DNA from: a bacterium
GTDB taxonomy: Bacteria; Zhuqueibacterota; Zhuqueibacteria; Residuimicrobiales; Krinioviventaceae
Assembly: GCA_963693055.1 (NCBI GenBank)
Contig: OY843751.1
Coordinates: 320,001-384,000, forward strand
DNA length: 64,000 nucleotides
Direction: 5' to 3'
Under the pieces are notes generated by a model that had not been told where the DNA came from, made no database searches, and saw only the letters and a program-made list of their open reading frames with translations. A program made the position numbers and the translations under genes. Positions 1 to 10,410 of the stretch are shown one piece after another (positions within the stretch are counted from its first letter, which is position 1; each line of letters starts with the position of its first letter).

Positions 1-83
1 ACTAGATTCACTGGAAGAGGGTAAAGCGTGCAGTGAATATTTATTGGATTGATTGCTGTAGTAACTTTCAGAAAGGACATGAT

Positions 84-770
84 ATGAGAACGCGACTGTA
101 TATTATATTGATTTTTATTTTAATGCTGGCATTTTCATGCTCAAAAGATGACTCTGTTACTGAACCGGATATTCAAGGAGATTTTTCCTTAAAAACCTAT
201 GCCTTGGAACGCAGTCCTAAAATCAACCGTACAGGTGCGGGATTGGATTTTGTCCATGATGGCGAATATGCAGATACTACCTATTTTGGAGACAGCACAC
301 CGGAAGCGTTTGTTGCTGATGCTGTCTTTTATAATCTTATGGTCTATTTTGAGGATGAAAAAGGTGATACCCAGAGTGAAGGATCGCCCGCTATTCTACT
401 TGCAGAAGAAGCACGGGCAATGCTGGCTGGAACAGGAATTGATTATTTCAATTCTTTTACCGAGATCACGTCTGCAATGCTTGACAGCCTGGCTTTTGAT
501 ATTACTATTGATTTTAATTCATGCATCAATGACAGCGGATTTTATGACAAATCTCTGATCCTGGCGGCGTATGATGGATGTGTGATAGGCAACAAATTCC
601 GCACACGTTTGCTAACCATTCCCACAGATCAGAGTGAAGAGGATTTACAACCTGTGTTTCTGGTACAAACCGTAGAGGGAAGCCTCGTCAAGTTTATGGT
701 AAAACAATTCAAAGGTTCCGGAGAAAATAAGCAGAAAACCACGGTAATGTGGCAGTTGCTGGAATTATAA
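84..770 (+). CDS. Lipoprotein, possibly HmuY-like surface ligand-binding protein
   Basis: ATG 84 after AAAGGA; lipobox LAFSC; C-terminal VFLVQTVEGSLVKF resembles the HmuY C-terminus; first gene of a TonB/ABC uptake operon. Confidence 0.55.
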   Translation: MRTRLYIILIFILMLAFSCSKDDSVTEPDIQGDFSLKTYALERSPKINRTGAGLDFVHDGEYADTTYFGDSTPEAFVADAVFYNLMVYFEDEKGDTQSEGSPAILLAEEARAMLAGTGIDYFNSFTEITSAMLDSLAFDITIDFNSCINDSGFYDKSLILAAYDGCVIGNKFRTRLLTIPTDQSEEDLQPVFLVQTVEGSLVKFMVKQFKGSGENKQKTTVMWQLLEL

Positions 771-800
771 TACTGAATTGGCAGATGAATGTAACAGGTT

Positions 801-3068
801 GTGTTGAAAATGATACGCAAATGTTTAATGTGGATATGGATTTTAGCATGGATTCCGGGCAGTTTGTTTGCCCGGTATATCCTGACCGGTAGGGTGTGCA
901 AGAGCAGTACCGGTAAGGGTATTGAAAATGTACAGGTACTTTTTGACAGCACAGGTGTTGTTACCGATTCGTCCGGATATTTTAATCTGGATTGTAAAAC
1001 AGCCCTGTATCCTGTGGAATTGTGGATAAGGCATATTCAGTACAAACCTACTACGGTTATGGTGAATGGTCCGGATGCAGAGACATACATTGAACTGGAG
1101 CCTGCGGTATTACAGACGGATGATATAACTGTAATCGCCGAACAACCCATCCGTTTCAGCAGTACGGTTTCCGCAAGATCCATCAGCAAAAAAGAAATTG
1201 AGGCTATTGTGCCTTCCACCACATCAGAGGTGCTGATTCGGACGCCGGGGATTGTGGTAAAAGATCCGTACCAGTCTCCCATTGTGCTGCGAGGATTAAG
1301 CGGACAACGATTGTTGATTCTGCGCAACGGCAACCGTCGCTTTAGCAGCTATCCCGCCGGATTTATGTCTCATGTTGTCAATATATATGATCTTGAAAAA
1401 GTAGATGTGGAAAAAGGTCCCGCTTCGGTGACTTTGGGCGCCGGGGCCATTGCCGGTGTGATAAATTTGATTGATAAATCTCCGTTCAAACAAAAGGGTT
1501 TGAACGCGCGCGTAACCACTGGTTATGCATCGAACAATAATGAAAAAAATACACTGTATTGCGGGGGATGGAGTAACGGAACCTTTGCGCTAAAAGGCGC
1601 GTACCGGGACCGGAATGCCGGCGTGTATCACGATGCTGACGGCAGCAGGGCCGTGAACAGTTTTTACGGCGATAAAGACGTGTTCACGGCCGCGGGTCTG
1701 CATACAAACAGACAAGAGTTGCGTCTGTATGTCGAACTGCATCGTGGCGGCCCATGGGGAAAACCGGTGGGTTTCAGCGGTACCCGCTACCTGCATGTCA
1801 AAACCCTGGCGGAAAACAGTGATAATTATAGCATGCATTACGATTATTCTCCAGGTGGCGTATTGGAAAAACTCGCTTTTTCAGCGTATTACGCCAGAGA
1901 GAACAGAGACCAGCAAAAACTATATCTGAATGCCGGTACCAAAGCTCCCTCGTATCAGGAACTGACCCTATATTCTGATTCCTGGTATGGTGCCAAGGTT
2001 GCTCCCTTGTTCAGGCTGAATAAAGATATGACCCTGCAATATGGCGCCGAGTTTTACCGGTTCAGTATTTCATCTCCTGTGAATATAACGGATTATTATA
2101 ACGGATATTATTTTGAAAACCAGGTGAGCCGTAACGCACGTTCTTTAACATCAGGCAGTTTTGCGGAATTGAAATACAGGGCAGGAAGCCATTTGTCTTT
2201 GCAGGGAGGTGTTCGTTATGATCATACGGCTGTTTATGAAGGTGATGTATTCAGCTTGGAACAGGAGCTGGAACGCCGCACACAAACCGGCGCATTGAGT
2301 GGAGCTTTTGCAGCGCAATACTTACTGGGCACTTTTAGCCGAATAAAGATCAATTTGGCAAAAGCGTTTCGTATGCCTACACCGCAGGAAATGTTTAGCG
2401 ATACCTATACCGCAAACGGCATTCTTTATGGCAATCCCGAATTGATGCCGGAATACAGCCGTAATATTGATCTGGTTTATCTGTTCAGCCACCCTGCGTT
2501 TCGGTTCGAGGTCAGTCCGTTTTACTGGCTGCTGGACGATATGATAAGCAAGGAAATCGTGTACGATATGCCCGGTCTCAATTATGAATATGTCAACATT
2601 GGCAGGGCCGAGATCTATGGCGGCGAGGTTGAAATCAGAATCCAACTTGATGATGCCTTTTGGAACACAGACGATCTGCACTTTTCACTTGGAGCTGCTT
2701 ACACACACGGAACGGAAATTACAGAATATGACTCGGGCACACTGTATGAACCACTGGATTATATTCCGCCGTTTCATGTCAAGGCTGAACTGGGATATGG
2801 ATTTTCAATCTCGAAACGACTCACTGTGAACTCTATGCTGTCTGTGCAGCAGTACAGCCGGCAGGCCCGTTTACCGGATGATGCTTATGTAACACCCGAG
2901 TATGCATTGTTTTCGCTCATGCTTGGAGTGAAATATCGTCATCGTTATGGCAATTCGGTTGTGCGGCTGGTAGTGAATAATTTTATGAACACCCAATATT
3001 ACGCGTTTCAGTCTTTTGTGCCCGGTAAAGGCCGGGATGTGAGACTGTATTGCTCGCTGGCTATTTAA
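801..3068 (+). CDS. TonB-dependent receptor (iron/heme/cobalamin type)
   Basis: N-terminal CarboxypepD-like domain, plug motifs (LRGLSGQRLLIL, VEKGPASV..GA.AIAGVINLI), GNPELMPE; start may be ATG 810. Confidence 0.9.
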   Translation: MLKMIRKCLMWIWILAWIPGSLFARYILTGRVCKSSTGKGIENVQVLFDSTGVVTDSSGYFNLDCKTALYPVELWIRHIQYKPTTVMVNGPDAETYIELEPAVLQTDDITVIAEQPIRFSSTVSARSISKKEIEAIVPSTTSEVLIRTPGIVVKDPYQSPIVLRGLSGQRLLILRNGNRRFSSYPAGFMSHVVNIYDLEKVDVEKGPASVTLGAGAIAGVINLIDKSPFKQKGLNARVTTGYASNNNEKNTLYCGGWSNGTFALKGAYRDRNAGVYHDADGSRAVNSFYGDKDVFTAAGLHTNRQELRLYVELHRGGPWGKPVGFSGTRYLHVKTLAENSDNYSMHYDYSPGGVLEKLAFSAYYARENRDQQKLYLNAGTKAPSYQELTLYSDSWYGAKVAPLFRLNKDMTLQYGAEFYRFSISSPVNITDYYNGYYFENQVSRNARSLTSGSFAELKYRAGSHLSLQGGVRYDHTAVYEGDVFSLEQELERRTQTGALSGAFAAQYLLGTFSRIKINLAKAFRMPTPQEMFSDTYTANGILYGNPELMPEYSRNIDLVYLFSHPAFRFEVSPFYWLLDDMISKEIVYDMPGLNYEYVNIGRAEIYGGEVEIRIQLDDAFWNTDDLHFSLGAAYTHGTEITEYDSGTLYEPLDYIPPFHVKAELGYGFSISKRLTVNSMLSVQQYSRQARLPDDAYVTPEYALFSLMLGVKYRHRYGNSVVRLVVNNFMNTQYYAFQSFVPGKGRDVRLYCSLAI

Positions 3069-3069
3069 T

Positions 3070-4125
3070 ATGGAAACGAATATGAAAGATACGGCATTAC
3101 AATATACGGAAATGGTGCGGCGTCAGTACCGGATTGCTTGGGTCATGGCCTTGCTGCTTGCGGCAGGTATCTTGCTTGCCCTGCATGTGGGACCGGTAAA
3201 ATTATCGATTTTGTCTTTATTTATAAACTCTGATACGAGCGCCTGGCGGGTGCTCGTGTCAATCAGAATGCCGCGTATTATGGCAGCGGTTTTGGCCGGC
3301 GCCGGATTATCCATAAGCGGTCTGTCAATGCAGAACGTGCTTCGAAATCCGCTGGCTTCTCCCTTTACGTTGGGTATATCCGGCGCGGCTGCTTTTGGTG
3401 CGGCCTTTTCGGTTATGACTTCCGGGATGCTGGGCAGTCTTGTTGCCTGGGACCCGGGTTCTTATAAATTTATTACGCCTCTGCTTTCAGGCTTTTCAGC
3501 ATTTGTGTGCAGCATGATTTCCGTATTGATCATTATCACGGTGATGAAGCATCGCGGCAGTCGTCCTTCTATTATTGTATTGGCGGGTATTATGACCAGC
3601 AGCCTGTTCAGTGCATTGACCTCGGCTTTGCAGTATTTTGCAAATGACCGTCAACTGGCTGAAATCATATTCTGGACATTTGGCGATCCGGGGCGGGCCA
3701 CGTATCCCATGCTGGTGGTACAGGCATTGATCATTCTGCCGATTCTGATCTGGATGGTGCGGCACACCTGGGATTTTACCCTGCTGCAATCCGGTGATGA
3801 TTCCGCCAAAGCTGGTGGATTGGAGCCTGCACGGTTTCGTCTGCGTGTTTTGCTGTTAGCGTCGCTTATGACGTCCATGATCGTTTCCGGATATGGCATT
3901 ATCAGTTTTGTTGGGCTTTTGGCCCCTCACTTTTGCCGTTACTTTTTTAAAAGCCAGACCATGCTGGTTACGGCATGTGCGGTGTTTGGCGGATTGTTTC
4001 TGTTATTGTCCGATACCTTGGCGCGTTTTGTTTTACAGCCGGTAATATTGCCAGTCGGCATTGTGACCGCGTTTTTTGGCGCTCCGTTTTTTATCATTAT
4101 GCTCATCAGGAACAAAGGACTATAG
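3070..4125 (+). CDS. FecCD/BtuC family ABC permease
   Basis: IRMPRI, MQNVLRNPLASPFTLGISGAA, GIISFVGLLAPH, LPVGIVTAFFGAPFF. Confidence 0.95.
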   Translation: METNMKDTALQYTEMVRRQYRIAWVMALLLAAGILLALHVGPVKLSILSLFINSDTSAWRVLVSIRMPRIMAAVLAGAGLSISGLSMQNVLRNPLASPFTLGISGAAAFGAAFSVMTSGMLGSLVAWDPGSYKFITPLLSGFSAFVCSMISVLIIITVMKHRGSRPSIIVLAGIMTSSLFSALTSALQYFANDRQLAEIIFWTFGDPGRATYPMLVVQALIILPILIWMVRHTWDFTLLQSGDDSAKAGGLEPARFRLRVLLLASLMTSMIVSGYGIISFVGLLAPHFCRYFFKSQTMLVTACAVFGGLFLLLSDTLARFVLQPVILPVGIVTAFFGAPFFIIMLIRNKGL

Positions 4126-4127
4126 AT

Positions 4128-4901
4128 ATGATACACGTGAGCAAACTCGATTTTGGATATACCGAAAATCCGGTATTGCAGGATATTTCGTTTAGAGTAG
4201 CTGCCGGAAATCTGTGTGGTATTTTGGGCGCAAACGGATCTGGCAAGACCACGCTGTTAAAGTGTATGCACGGTATTTTGCCGGTAATATCCGGTAATGT
4301 TCAGATCTGCGGCAAGACAATGCATAAAATGGGTGCGCGGAAACGGGCTGCCATTGCCGCCTATGTTCCGCAGGACACCAAACAGTTTGGCACCGGCACC
4401 GTGTTTGAGACCGTATTGCTGGGCCGTAAACCCCATTTTGGATCGAATCCTTCTTGTAAGGATATCGACATAGTTTCTCAGGTACTTGCTGAACTGGAAC
4501 TTGAAGATATGGCCATGCGTCCGGTACAGACGCTGAGCGGCGGACAACGGCAGCGTGTCTGTATTGCCAAAGCGCTGAGTCAGCAAACCCCGGTGATTAT
4601 TATGGACGAACCCACTGCCAATCTGGATTTGAAATACAAGATAGAGGTAATGAATATTCTCAGCCGCCTTGCTGAAAAAGGAAAAACCATTGTCATCAGT
4701 GTGCACGACATTTCCATCGCCTATGCCTATTGTACCGAGCTGGTACTGTTGAAATCGGGTAAAATGATAGACAAGGGCGGCAAAGAGGTACTGAGTATTT
4801 CCAATATTGAAAAGCTCTATGATGTAGACTATAACGACGTTTTACCGCTGGTAGAGACCATGCCCGGTGTTGCAAATTTTTCAGAAATTGTGTGTAATTG
4901 A
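4128..4901 (+). CDS. ABC transporter ATP-binding subunit (FecE/BtuD-like)
   Basis: Walker A GANGSGKT, LSGGQRQR, DEPT; ATG 4128 just after the permease stop. Confidence 0.95.
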   Translation: MIHVSKLDFGYTENPVLQDISFRVAAGNLCGILGANGSGKTTLLKCMHGILPVISGNVQICGKTMHKMGARKRAAIAAYVPQDTKQFGTGTVFETVLLGRKPHFGSNPSCKDIDIVSQVLAELELEDMAMRPVQTLSGGQRQRVCIAKALSQQTPVIIMDEPTANLDLKYKIEVMNILSRLAEKGKTIVISVHDISIAYAYCTELVLLKSGKMIDKGGKEVLSISNIEKLYDVDYNDVLPLVETMPGVANFSEIVCN

Positions 4902-4903
4902 GT

Positions 4904-5956
4904 ATGAATCGATTAATAAAATATACTGCTTTTAAAATGCTTGCTGTTCTCCTGCTATTGGGGAGCAGTGCATACTCTGCGGAATCTGTCATAACAGATA
5001 TGCGTGGTCGTACAGTTACTGTCCCGGAGAAGGTGGACCGTATTGCCTGTATTGGCAGAGGGGCGTTACGCATGGTTTGTTATATGCATGTAGCGGAAAA
5101 GGTAGTGGGTGTGGAATTCCCGGAGCGTAAAAAGACCGAGCATGCGCGTCCCTATTTGCTGGCGTATCCGTATTTGAAACAACTGCCATCCATTGGTATG
5201 GGCGCCAAGGGGGATCCCGAGTTATTGCTACAGGCCGCGCCACAGGTTATTTTTTTCGCGGATGGGAGTCCCCAGGCTGTTAACACCTTGCAGGACAAGA
5301 CCGGTATTCCGGTCATCAATATTACTTGCGGGGATCTGTATGATCGTCGTCAGGATTTTGACGATTGTTTGCGTCTGATAGCAGATATCCTCGACCGGCA
5401 GGACCGGTGCGACAGCCTCATTCAATTTGTAGATGATCAGATTGCCGAATTGGCTGCAATTGCGGAGCAAAATCAGTTAAAGGATGTATCCGCTTACATT
5501 GGCGGATTGATATTCAAGGGCCGGCAGGGCATTACCTCCACACAAGCCGCTTTTACGCCGTTTCAATTGCTGGGCATTGAAAATGTTGCGAGCGGCTTGC
5601 AGGCAAAATCCACCAATCCCGTCAACATCAATATCGAACAGTTGGCATTATGGTCCCCGGATGTGATATGTATTGACAAGGCCTGCAAAGCTCAGGTGCA
5701 AAAGGACTTGAAAGTCTATAGTTTTTTGGGTGGATTTGAAAATATGTATGAACTGTATCCCACACGGCTGTATGGAGAAAATTACGAGACGGTTCTGGTG
5801 AACGCGTTTTATCTTGCTTATGCTTTTACTGACCGGTCTATTGTCGAGTTTGAGGCCAAAACGGAAATCCTTTATGAGCGATTTTTGACACCCGGTGTAA
5901 TGGATAAAGTACGGTCAGTCTATGGCCTGCCGGGACCCTTCAGCGCGGGGGAGTAG
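4904..5956 (+). CDS. Iron/B12 ABC substrate-binding protein
   Basis: Signal peptide, ITDMRGRTVTVPEKVDRI, PELLLQAAPQVIF typical of Peripla_BP_2. Confidence 0.9.
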   Translation: MNRLIKYTAFKMLAVLLLLGSSAYSAESVITDMRGRTVTVPEKVDRIACIGRGALRMVCYMHVAEKVVGVEFPERKKTEHARPYLLAYPYLKQLPSIGMGAKGDPELLLQAAPQVIFFADGSPQAVNTLQDKTGIPVINITCGDLYDRRQDFDDCLRLIADILDRQDRCDSLIQFVDDQIAELAAIAEQNQLKDVSAYIGGLIFKGRQGITSTQAAFTPFQLLGIENVASGLQAKSTNPVNINIEQLALWSPDVICIDKACKAQVQKDLKVYSFLGGFENMYELYPTRLYGENYETVLVNAFYLAYAFTDRSIVEFEAKTEILYERFLTPGVMDKVRSVYGLPGPFSAGE

Positions 5957-6113
5957 AGCAGCTAGTCATTTCCGAGATTTTTATTGATTCCTAAATACAA
6001 ATTGTTAATTTGAGAATACCGTATAGGTGTTTTCTGTTTATTCTGGTATGAACGGTTCAAGAACAGTTAATAACTGGCAATTTGTAGTAATCCAAAATCG
6101 GGAGTGAATTTTG

Positions 6114-7175
6114 ATGAAAAAGACAATAGCCAATCTTTGCTTGATTTTATCAATCCTGTTCGTCCTTGTTTCCTGCCAATCCTCTCCAAACGCAAAATCG
6201 GAACATGTTTCCCTGGTGCAAAATGAATCTCAGAACAAGCTGGATATTTTCATCGACGGAAAATATTTTACTTCCTACATGTATGCGGACACGATATTGA
6301 AAAAGCCGGTTCTGTTTCCGCTGCTGACCGCGAGCGGAATACGCATAACCCGTGGGTATCCTTTGGCAACCAATCCCGGTGAGCGCATGGACCATCCCCA
6401 TCATTACGGATTGTGGTTCAATCATGGTGATGTGAACGGTGTGGATTTTTGGAACAGCGGGGTCATACCCAAAAAGCCCGGTGCGCTATACGGCAAGATC
6501 CATCATGTGAAATTTTTAACGATAGAATCCGGAGATGCCGGAACACTGGAGGTGACAAAGAAATGGATCAGTGACGCGGGAGAGCATTTTATTGATGAGC
6601 AAACACGTTATACGTTCAATGGAGATGAAAACACGCGCATCATAACGCATTTGACCACCCTTACCGCTCCCAATGGCGATGTGCTGTTTCAGGATTCCAA
6701 ACAGGGCACCTTTGCCATGCGGGTAAGACGCGAGTTAGAGATCCCCTCTAATAGTCCCACACTTCTTTTTGACAAGAACCTGCAGCCGGCGGATAGCGCG
6801 GTCGTGGATAAAAAAGGCGTGACCGGACAGTATTTGAACAGCAATGGATTGCAGGGGTATCCGGAGGTTTGGGGCAAACGCGCCAAGTGGATGCGGCTTT
6901 CTGGTTATGTAGAGAATGACAGTATATCCATCTGTATCTTTGCTCATCCCAACAATATCAACTATCCCCCGCATTGGATGGCCCGGGATTATGGATTGTA
7001 TGGTGTGAATCCCATGGGCAGCAACATTTATACAAATGGCGCTGAGCAATTTAATTTTGTTCTTGAAAAAGGCAAATCCGTTACATTCAAGAACCAGGTT
7101 GTAATTTTTAATAGCACCTTGCCAACACCGGCTCGCATTGACGCATTGTACAAGAAATTTATAACCAGCAATTAG
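6114..7175 (+). CDS. DUF6807 / 'PmoA-family' lipoprotein (beta-sandwich, probably carbohydrate-related)
   Basis: Lipobox LVSC; KPVLFPL..SG.RITRGYP, DHPHHYGLWF.HGDVNGVDFW, W.ARDYGLY.VNP. Confidence 0.8.
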   Translation: MKKTIANLCLILSILFVLVSCQSSPNAKSEHVSLVQNESQNKLDIFIDGKYFTSYMYADTILKKPVLFPLLTASGIRITRGYPLATNPGERMDHPHHYGLWFNHGDVNGVDFWNSGVIPKKPGALYGKIHHVKFLTIESGDAGTLEVTKKWISDAGEHFIDEQTRYTFNGDENTRIITHLTTLTAPNGDVLFQDSKQGTFAMRVRRELEIPSNSPTLLFDKNLQPADSAVVDKKGVTGQYLNSNGLQGYPEVWGKRAKWMRLSGYVENDSISICIFAHPNNINYPPHWMARDYGLYGVNPMGSNIYTNGAEQFNFVLEKGKSVTFKNQVVIFNSTLPTPARIDALYKKFITSN

Positions 7176-7199
7176 ATTATGAAAAGGCATTATGTTTAA

Positions 7200-7869
7200 T
7201 CCTTGTTCCAAGGCTCCGGCCCTGTAGTAAAAGAATTTATTTTTTACTCGAGGTCAAAAATCTAAAATCTTGTTCATAATCCCAGATTGCGTCCCTATGG
7301 GACGCGAAAGGTTTGGAGACCGGATGCTACAAATATTTGGCCCCTGACGGGGCCTATAAATGCTAAATCGGCACTCACAAATTCGTAAATAGGTCGTATT
7401 GCAATTATCCCGTTAGGGATAAAATATTTGTAGAAAATTAAAAAAAAATGTATTCGCATGCCGTCAGGTATGCAATATTTTTATCATGAAAGAGATGCTC
7501 ACCGTCACAATCCGTAAAGTGGTTTAATCTGCGTTCATCTGTGGTTCATTTTATTATTACGATATTTAAATCTTGTTCCATATTTGTACTTTTTACACTG
7601 CGTCGGCCCTTCGATACATCCCGATCCGCTAACTGGCGGACGGGACACTCAGGGACCGACTTTACGCTTGGCGGTTTGAACCCTCGTTCCAGGGCTCCGG
7701 CCTTGGAACGATAATATGTATAAAATTGAACCACGAAGAAAAGAAGGACACGAAGGGATAAAAATTCGTCTGCGACGGACAAACGAAATAAATTTCGTTC
7801 TACTGGCTCGCTAAAACTCGGGGACTGATCCGATAAATGGTTATATTTGCGTTCATCTGTGGTTCATTT
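7200..7869. repeat. Cluster of several REP-like short palindromes
   Basis: Hairpins at 7289-7305, 7339-7354, 7406-7421, 7456-7473; inverted ctacaaatattt/aaatatttgtag; 22-bp direct repeat 7530-7551 and 7848-7869. Confidence 0.75.
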
Positions 7870-7972
7870 CAAGTATGCGCCAATCCACATCTTGCCAAGC
7901 CTGAAAGATATTGCGCTTGCTTTATTGCCATCAATTTGCTATTCTTGTATAACATAACCTGATCGGGAGGAG

Positions 7973-9532
7973 ATGGAAATGAAGTATCTGCACATTTTAT
8001 TAATTTTCACACTGGTATTTGCTTTTTCATGCAGTAAAAGCTATGATTTTGAAACGGCCCGCCAATCTTCCGAGATTGCCGGTTACTCGCTCAGCAAGGT
8101 ACATCGCTGGCTGCGCGAGGTGGCGCTGGAACGCATCGATCCAGGCACCGGCCTCTATATAGCCGATGGCAAATGGAACTATCGCGATACCGCCGCGGAC
8201 TGTTATCCCTTTTTGACCTGGGCGGCGTATATTGTGGACCAGGACGCTCTTAACGGTCCGGTGCGGGATATCCTCCATGCGGAACAAAAGCTGTGTAACG
8301 AGCTGGACCGTATACCTGTTCCCTATGATTATGAGAAAAAAACGAAAATTGAATTAGATTATGACGAGATGATGTTCCAGGCCTCGGAATATGTCAAAGA
8401 CGGACTGATTGCTATTGTAGAGATCACCGGCAAGGACGAGTGGTTTGATCGTATGCGCGACATTGAGGATGATATTTGGAAATACGCCAAATACGATACC
8501 GATTATGGCAAGATTCCTTCAAAAAACATTGAAGTCAATGGAGAGCAGATTCAGGCGCTGGCAAGACTCTATACCATGACCGGTGAGGAAAAGTATTTGG
8601 AATGGGCAGAGCGGCTGGCAGACTATTATCTGCTGCCCGGCGATTTTGTACCCAATCGCTTGCGTGACCACGGCTGCGAGATTATTGGCGGACTCGGATT
8701 GCTGCTGGGCGTGGAATCAGTCCATAATCCGGATAAAGCCCGCGTGTACCAACCATTGATCAAAAAAATGCTGGATACCATTTTGGAAAGCGGCATTAAT
8801 GAAGACGGTATCATGTACAATACCTTTGATCAAAAAGACAATGCACACCTGAGCGACGGCTGGGGATACAATTATATAGGCTATTTGTGTTATGACATGG
8901 TGGCCAAACAACCGGTGTATCGCGCGCATATGGAACAGACATTGAAAAATCTGGCCAAACCTTTTTATACCAATTATCCCTGGGAAGGGGAGAGCATAGA
9001 CGGATTTGCAGACTCTATTGAGGGTGCCATTTACATGCTCAACCGGCTTCCGGTGCCAGAGGGATTTGCCTGGGTAGACCAGGAGATGGCGGCCAATGTG
9101 GTTTATTCAAATGAACCGTTACAAACCGCAAAACTCTGGGGTACCATGAAATTGCAATCCAATGGTGTGCGAACCACCCTGATGCATGCGCTTATGCATA
9201 CCCGCGGCGTTATTGCACGTCCCTGGCGGCAGGGCCTGAAACTCGGTGCCAGTGAAACCGAGGACGGCCTGGCCATTGTTGTAAAAGCGGAAAAGGACTG
9301 GTCCGGCACGTTGGTTTTTGATATCCCCCGTTACCGTGAGTATATGGATTTTGTATACGACTGGCCTCGCATGAACACCCTGCCCGAGTGGTTCACGGTA
9401 GAATCTGACACGGACTATGTGGTTAAAGACGTCTCGAATAAATCCAAAACAACCACTACCGGCAAGGCATTGCGTGAGGGGCTGCCTGTTAAACTCTCCG
9501 CCGGTGAAGAAAAACTACTGCTGGTAAAGTAA
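7973..9532 (+). CDS. Hypothetical lipoprotein, probable (alpha/alpha)-barrel glycosidase-like fold
   Basis: GGGAGG RBS; lipobox AFSC; LARLYTMTGEEKYLEWAERLADY helical-hairpin motif. Confidence 0.6.
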   Translation: MEMKYLHILLIFTLVFAFSCSKSYDFETARQSSEIAGYSLSKVHRWLREVALERIDPGTGLYIADGKWNYRDTAADCYPFLTWAAYIVDQDALNGPVRDILHAEQKLCNELDRIPVPYDYEKKTKIELDYDEMMFQASEYVKDGLIAIVEITGKDEWFDRMRDIEDDIWKYAKYDTDYGKIPSKNIEVNGEQIQALARLYTMTGEEKYLEWAERLADYYLLPGDFVPNRLRDHGCEIIGGLGLLLGVESVHNPDKARVYQPLIKKMLDTILESGINEDGIMYNTFDQKDNAHLSDGWGYNYIGYLCYDMVAKQPVYRAHMEQTLKNLAKPFYTNYPWEGESIDGFADSIEGAIYMLNRLPVPEGFAWVDQEMAANVVYSNEPLQTAKLWGTMKLQSNGVRTTLMHALMHTRGVIARPWRQGLKLGASETEDGLAIVVKAEKDWSGTLVFDIPRYREYMDFVYDWPRMNTLPEWFTVESDTDYVVKDVSNKSKTTTTGKALREGLPVKLSAGEEKLLLVK

Positions 9533-9549
9533 TAGATTTTGGGAACTCC

Positions 9550-9581
9550 CCCCACCCGGAGCTCCAGACCTCCGGGTGGGG
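9550..9581. repeat. REP-like palindrome family A, copy 1
   Basis: ccccacccggag...ctccgggtgggg, 12-bp arms. Confidence 0.85.
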
Positions 9582-9816
9582 AAAAATGTATTGTTAAGAC
9601 CGGATAAAAAGCTTGAAATAATGCTAATGAAATATAAAGAGAACCATGAGCTGGGAGATGATTTAATCTGGGATTATACCATAATAACAATTATTTTGTT
9701 TATTATTTCTCTTTCTACGCTAAAAAAGTACGGGATTTAAAATTTGGGTATTACGTTAAAAGTATACGGGTGACAAATAAAAGGTAGCCCTATAAGGATT
9801 CGAGGGGGTTAAGGTC

Positions 9817-10284
9817 ATGAATATTAATTATAAAAGAGTTTCGAGATATCTTTTAATCATATCACTTTTCATTTTTCTTGTTTATTTTGGTGCAAACGTA
9901 GCGAGTCTTTCCTTAATTGGTAAACCTGTAGTAAAAAAAATTAAGTTATATTCTCAATATTATAATGAAAAGATATATATAAAAAAGAAAAGTTGGGGTA
10001 TAACTGGAAGTGGGCAGGTTATTGTTATATCAAAATCCCCTGATAAAGATTTTCAACCTGATGAAACTCAAGAGTATGTATTTAATGGATTACAACCATT
10101 CTGTTATAAATTTGAAAATGATGCACTTTTTATCTTTGTAAGAAAAAAAACAACAATACCTGTAAAAATGTCAACAAAGATTGAAATAAAACAGATCATT
10201 TTGGATAATACTGAAATGATGACGTTATTTGATGATATTCGTGAAGGAAAAGAAAAGACTATACATAATATAGATTGGGAGTGA
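9817..10284 (+). CDS. Hypothetical AT-rich protein with N-terminal TM segment
   Basis: 155-aa ORF, purine-rich RBS, hydrophobic N-terminus. Confidence 0.7.
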   Translation: MNINYKRVSRYLLIISLFIFLVYFGANVASLSLIGKPVVKKIKLYSQYYNEKIYIKKKSWGITGSGQVIVISKSPDKDFQPDETQEYVFNGLQPFCYKFENDALFIFVRKKTTIPVKMSTKIEIKQIILDNTEMMTLFDDIREGKEKTIHNIDWE

Positions 10285-10303
10285 TTATTGGCCCGAGAGT
10301 ACC

Positions 10304-10337
10304 CACCTCCCGGAGGTCCCAGGACCTCCGGGAGGTG
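10304..10337. repeat. REP-like palindrome family A, copy 2
   Basis: cacctcccggaggtcc-ca-ggacctccgggaggtg, 16-bp arms. Confidence 0.85.
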
Positions 10338-10410
10338 AAATTTACTGTTCAATAAATAAAATCAAACTTTAATTAGAGTGTTTGTTATTCAAGTTTTGGA
10401 GTAGTTTCAA

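Noticed and set aside
1-83. Cobalamin riboswitch or Fur box before the uptake operon
   Set aside because: No recognisable motif in the 83 bp available; it may lie outside the window
6114-7175. Methane monooxygenase subunit
   Set aside because: The 'PmoA family' label is a database naming artefact; this is a soluble lipoprotein and pmoB/pmoC are absent
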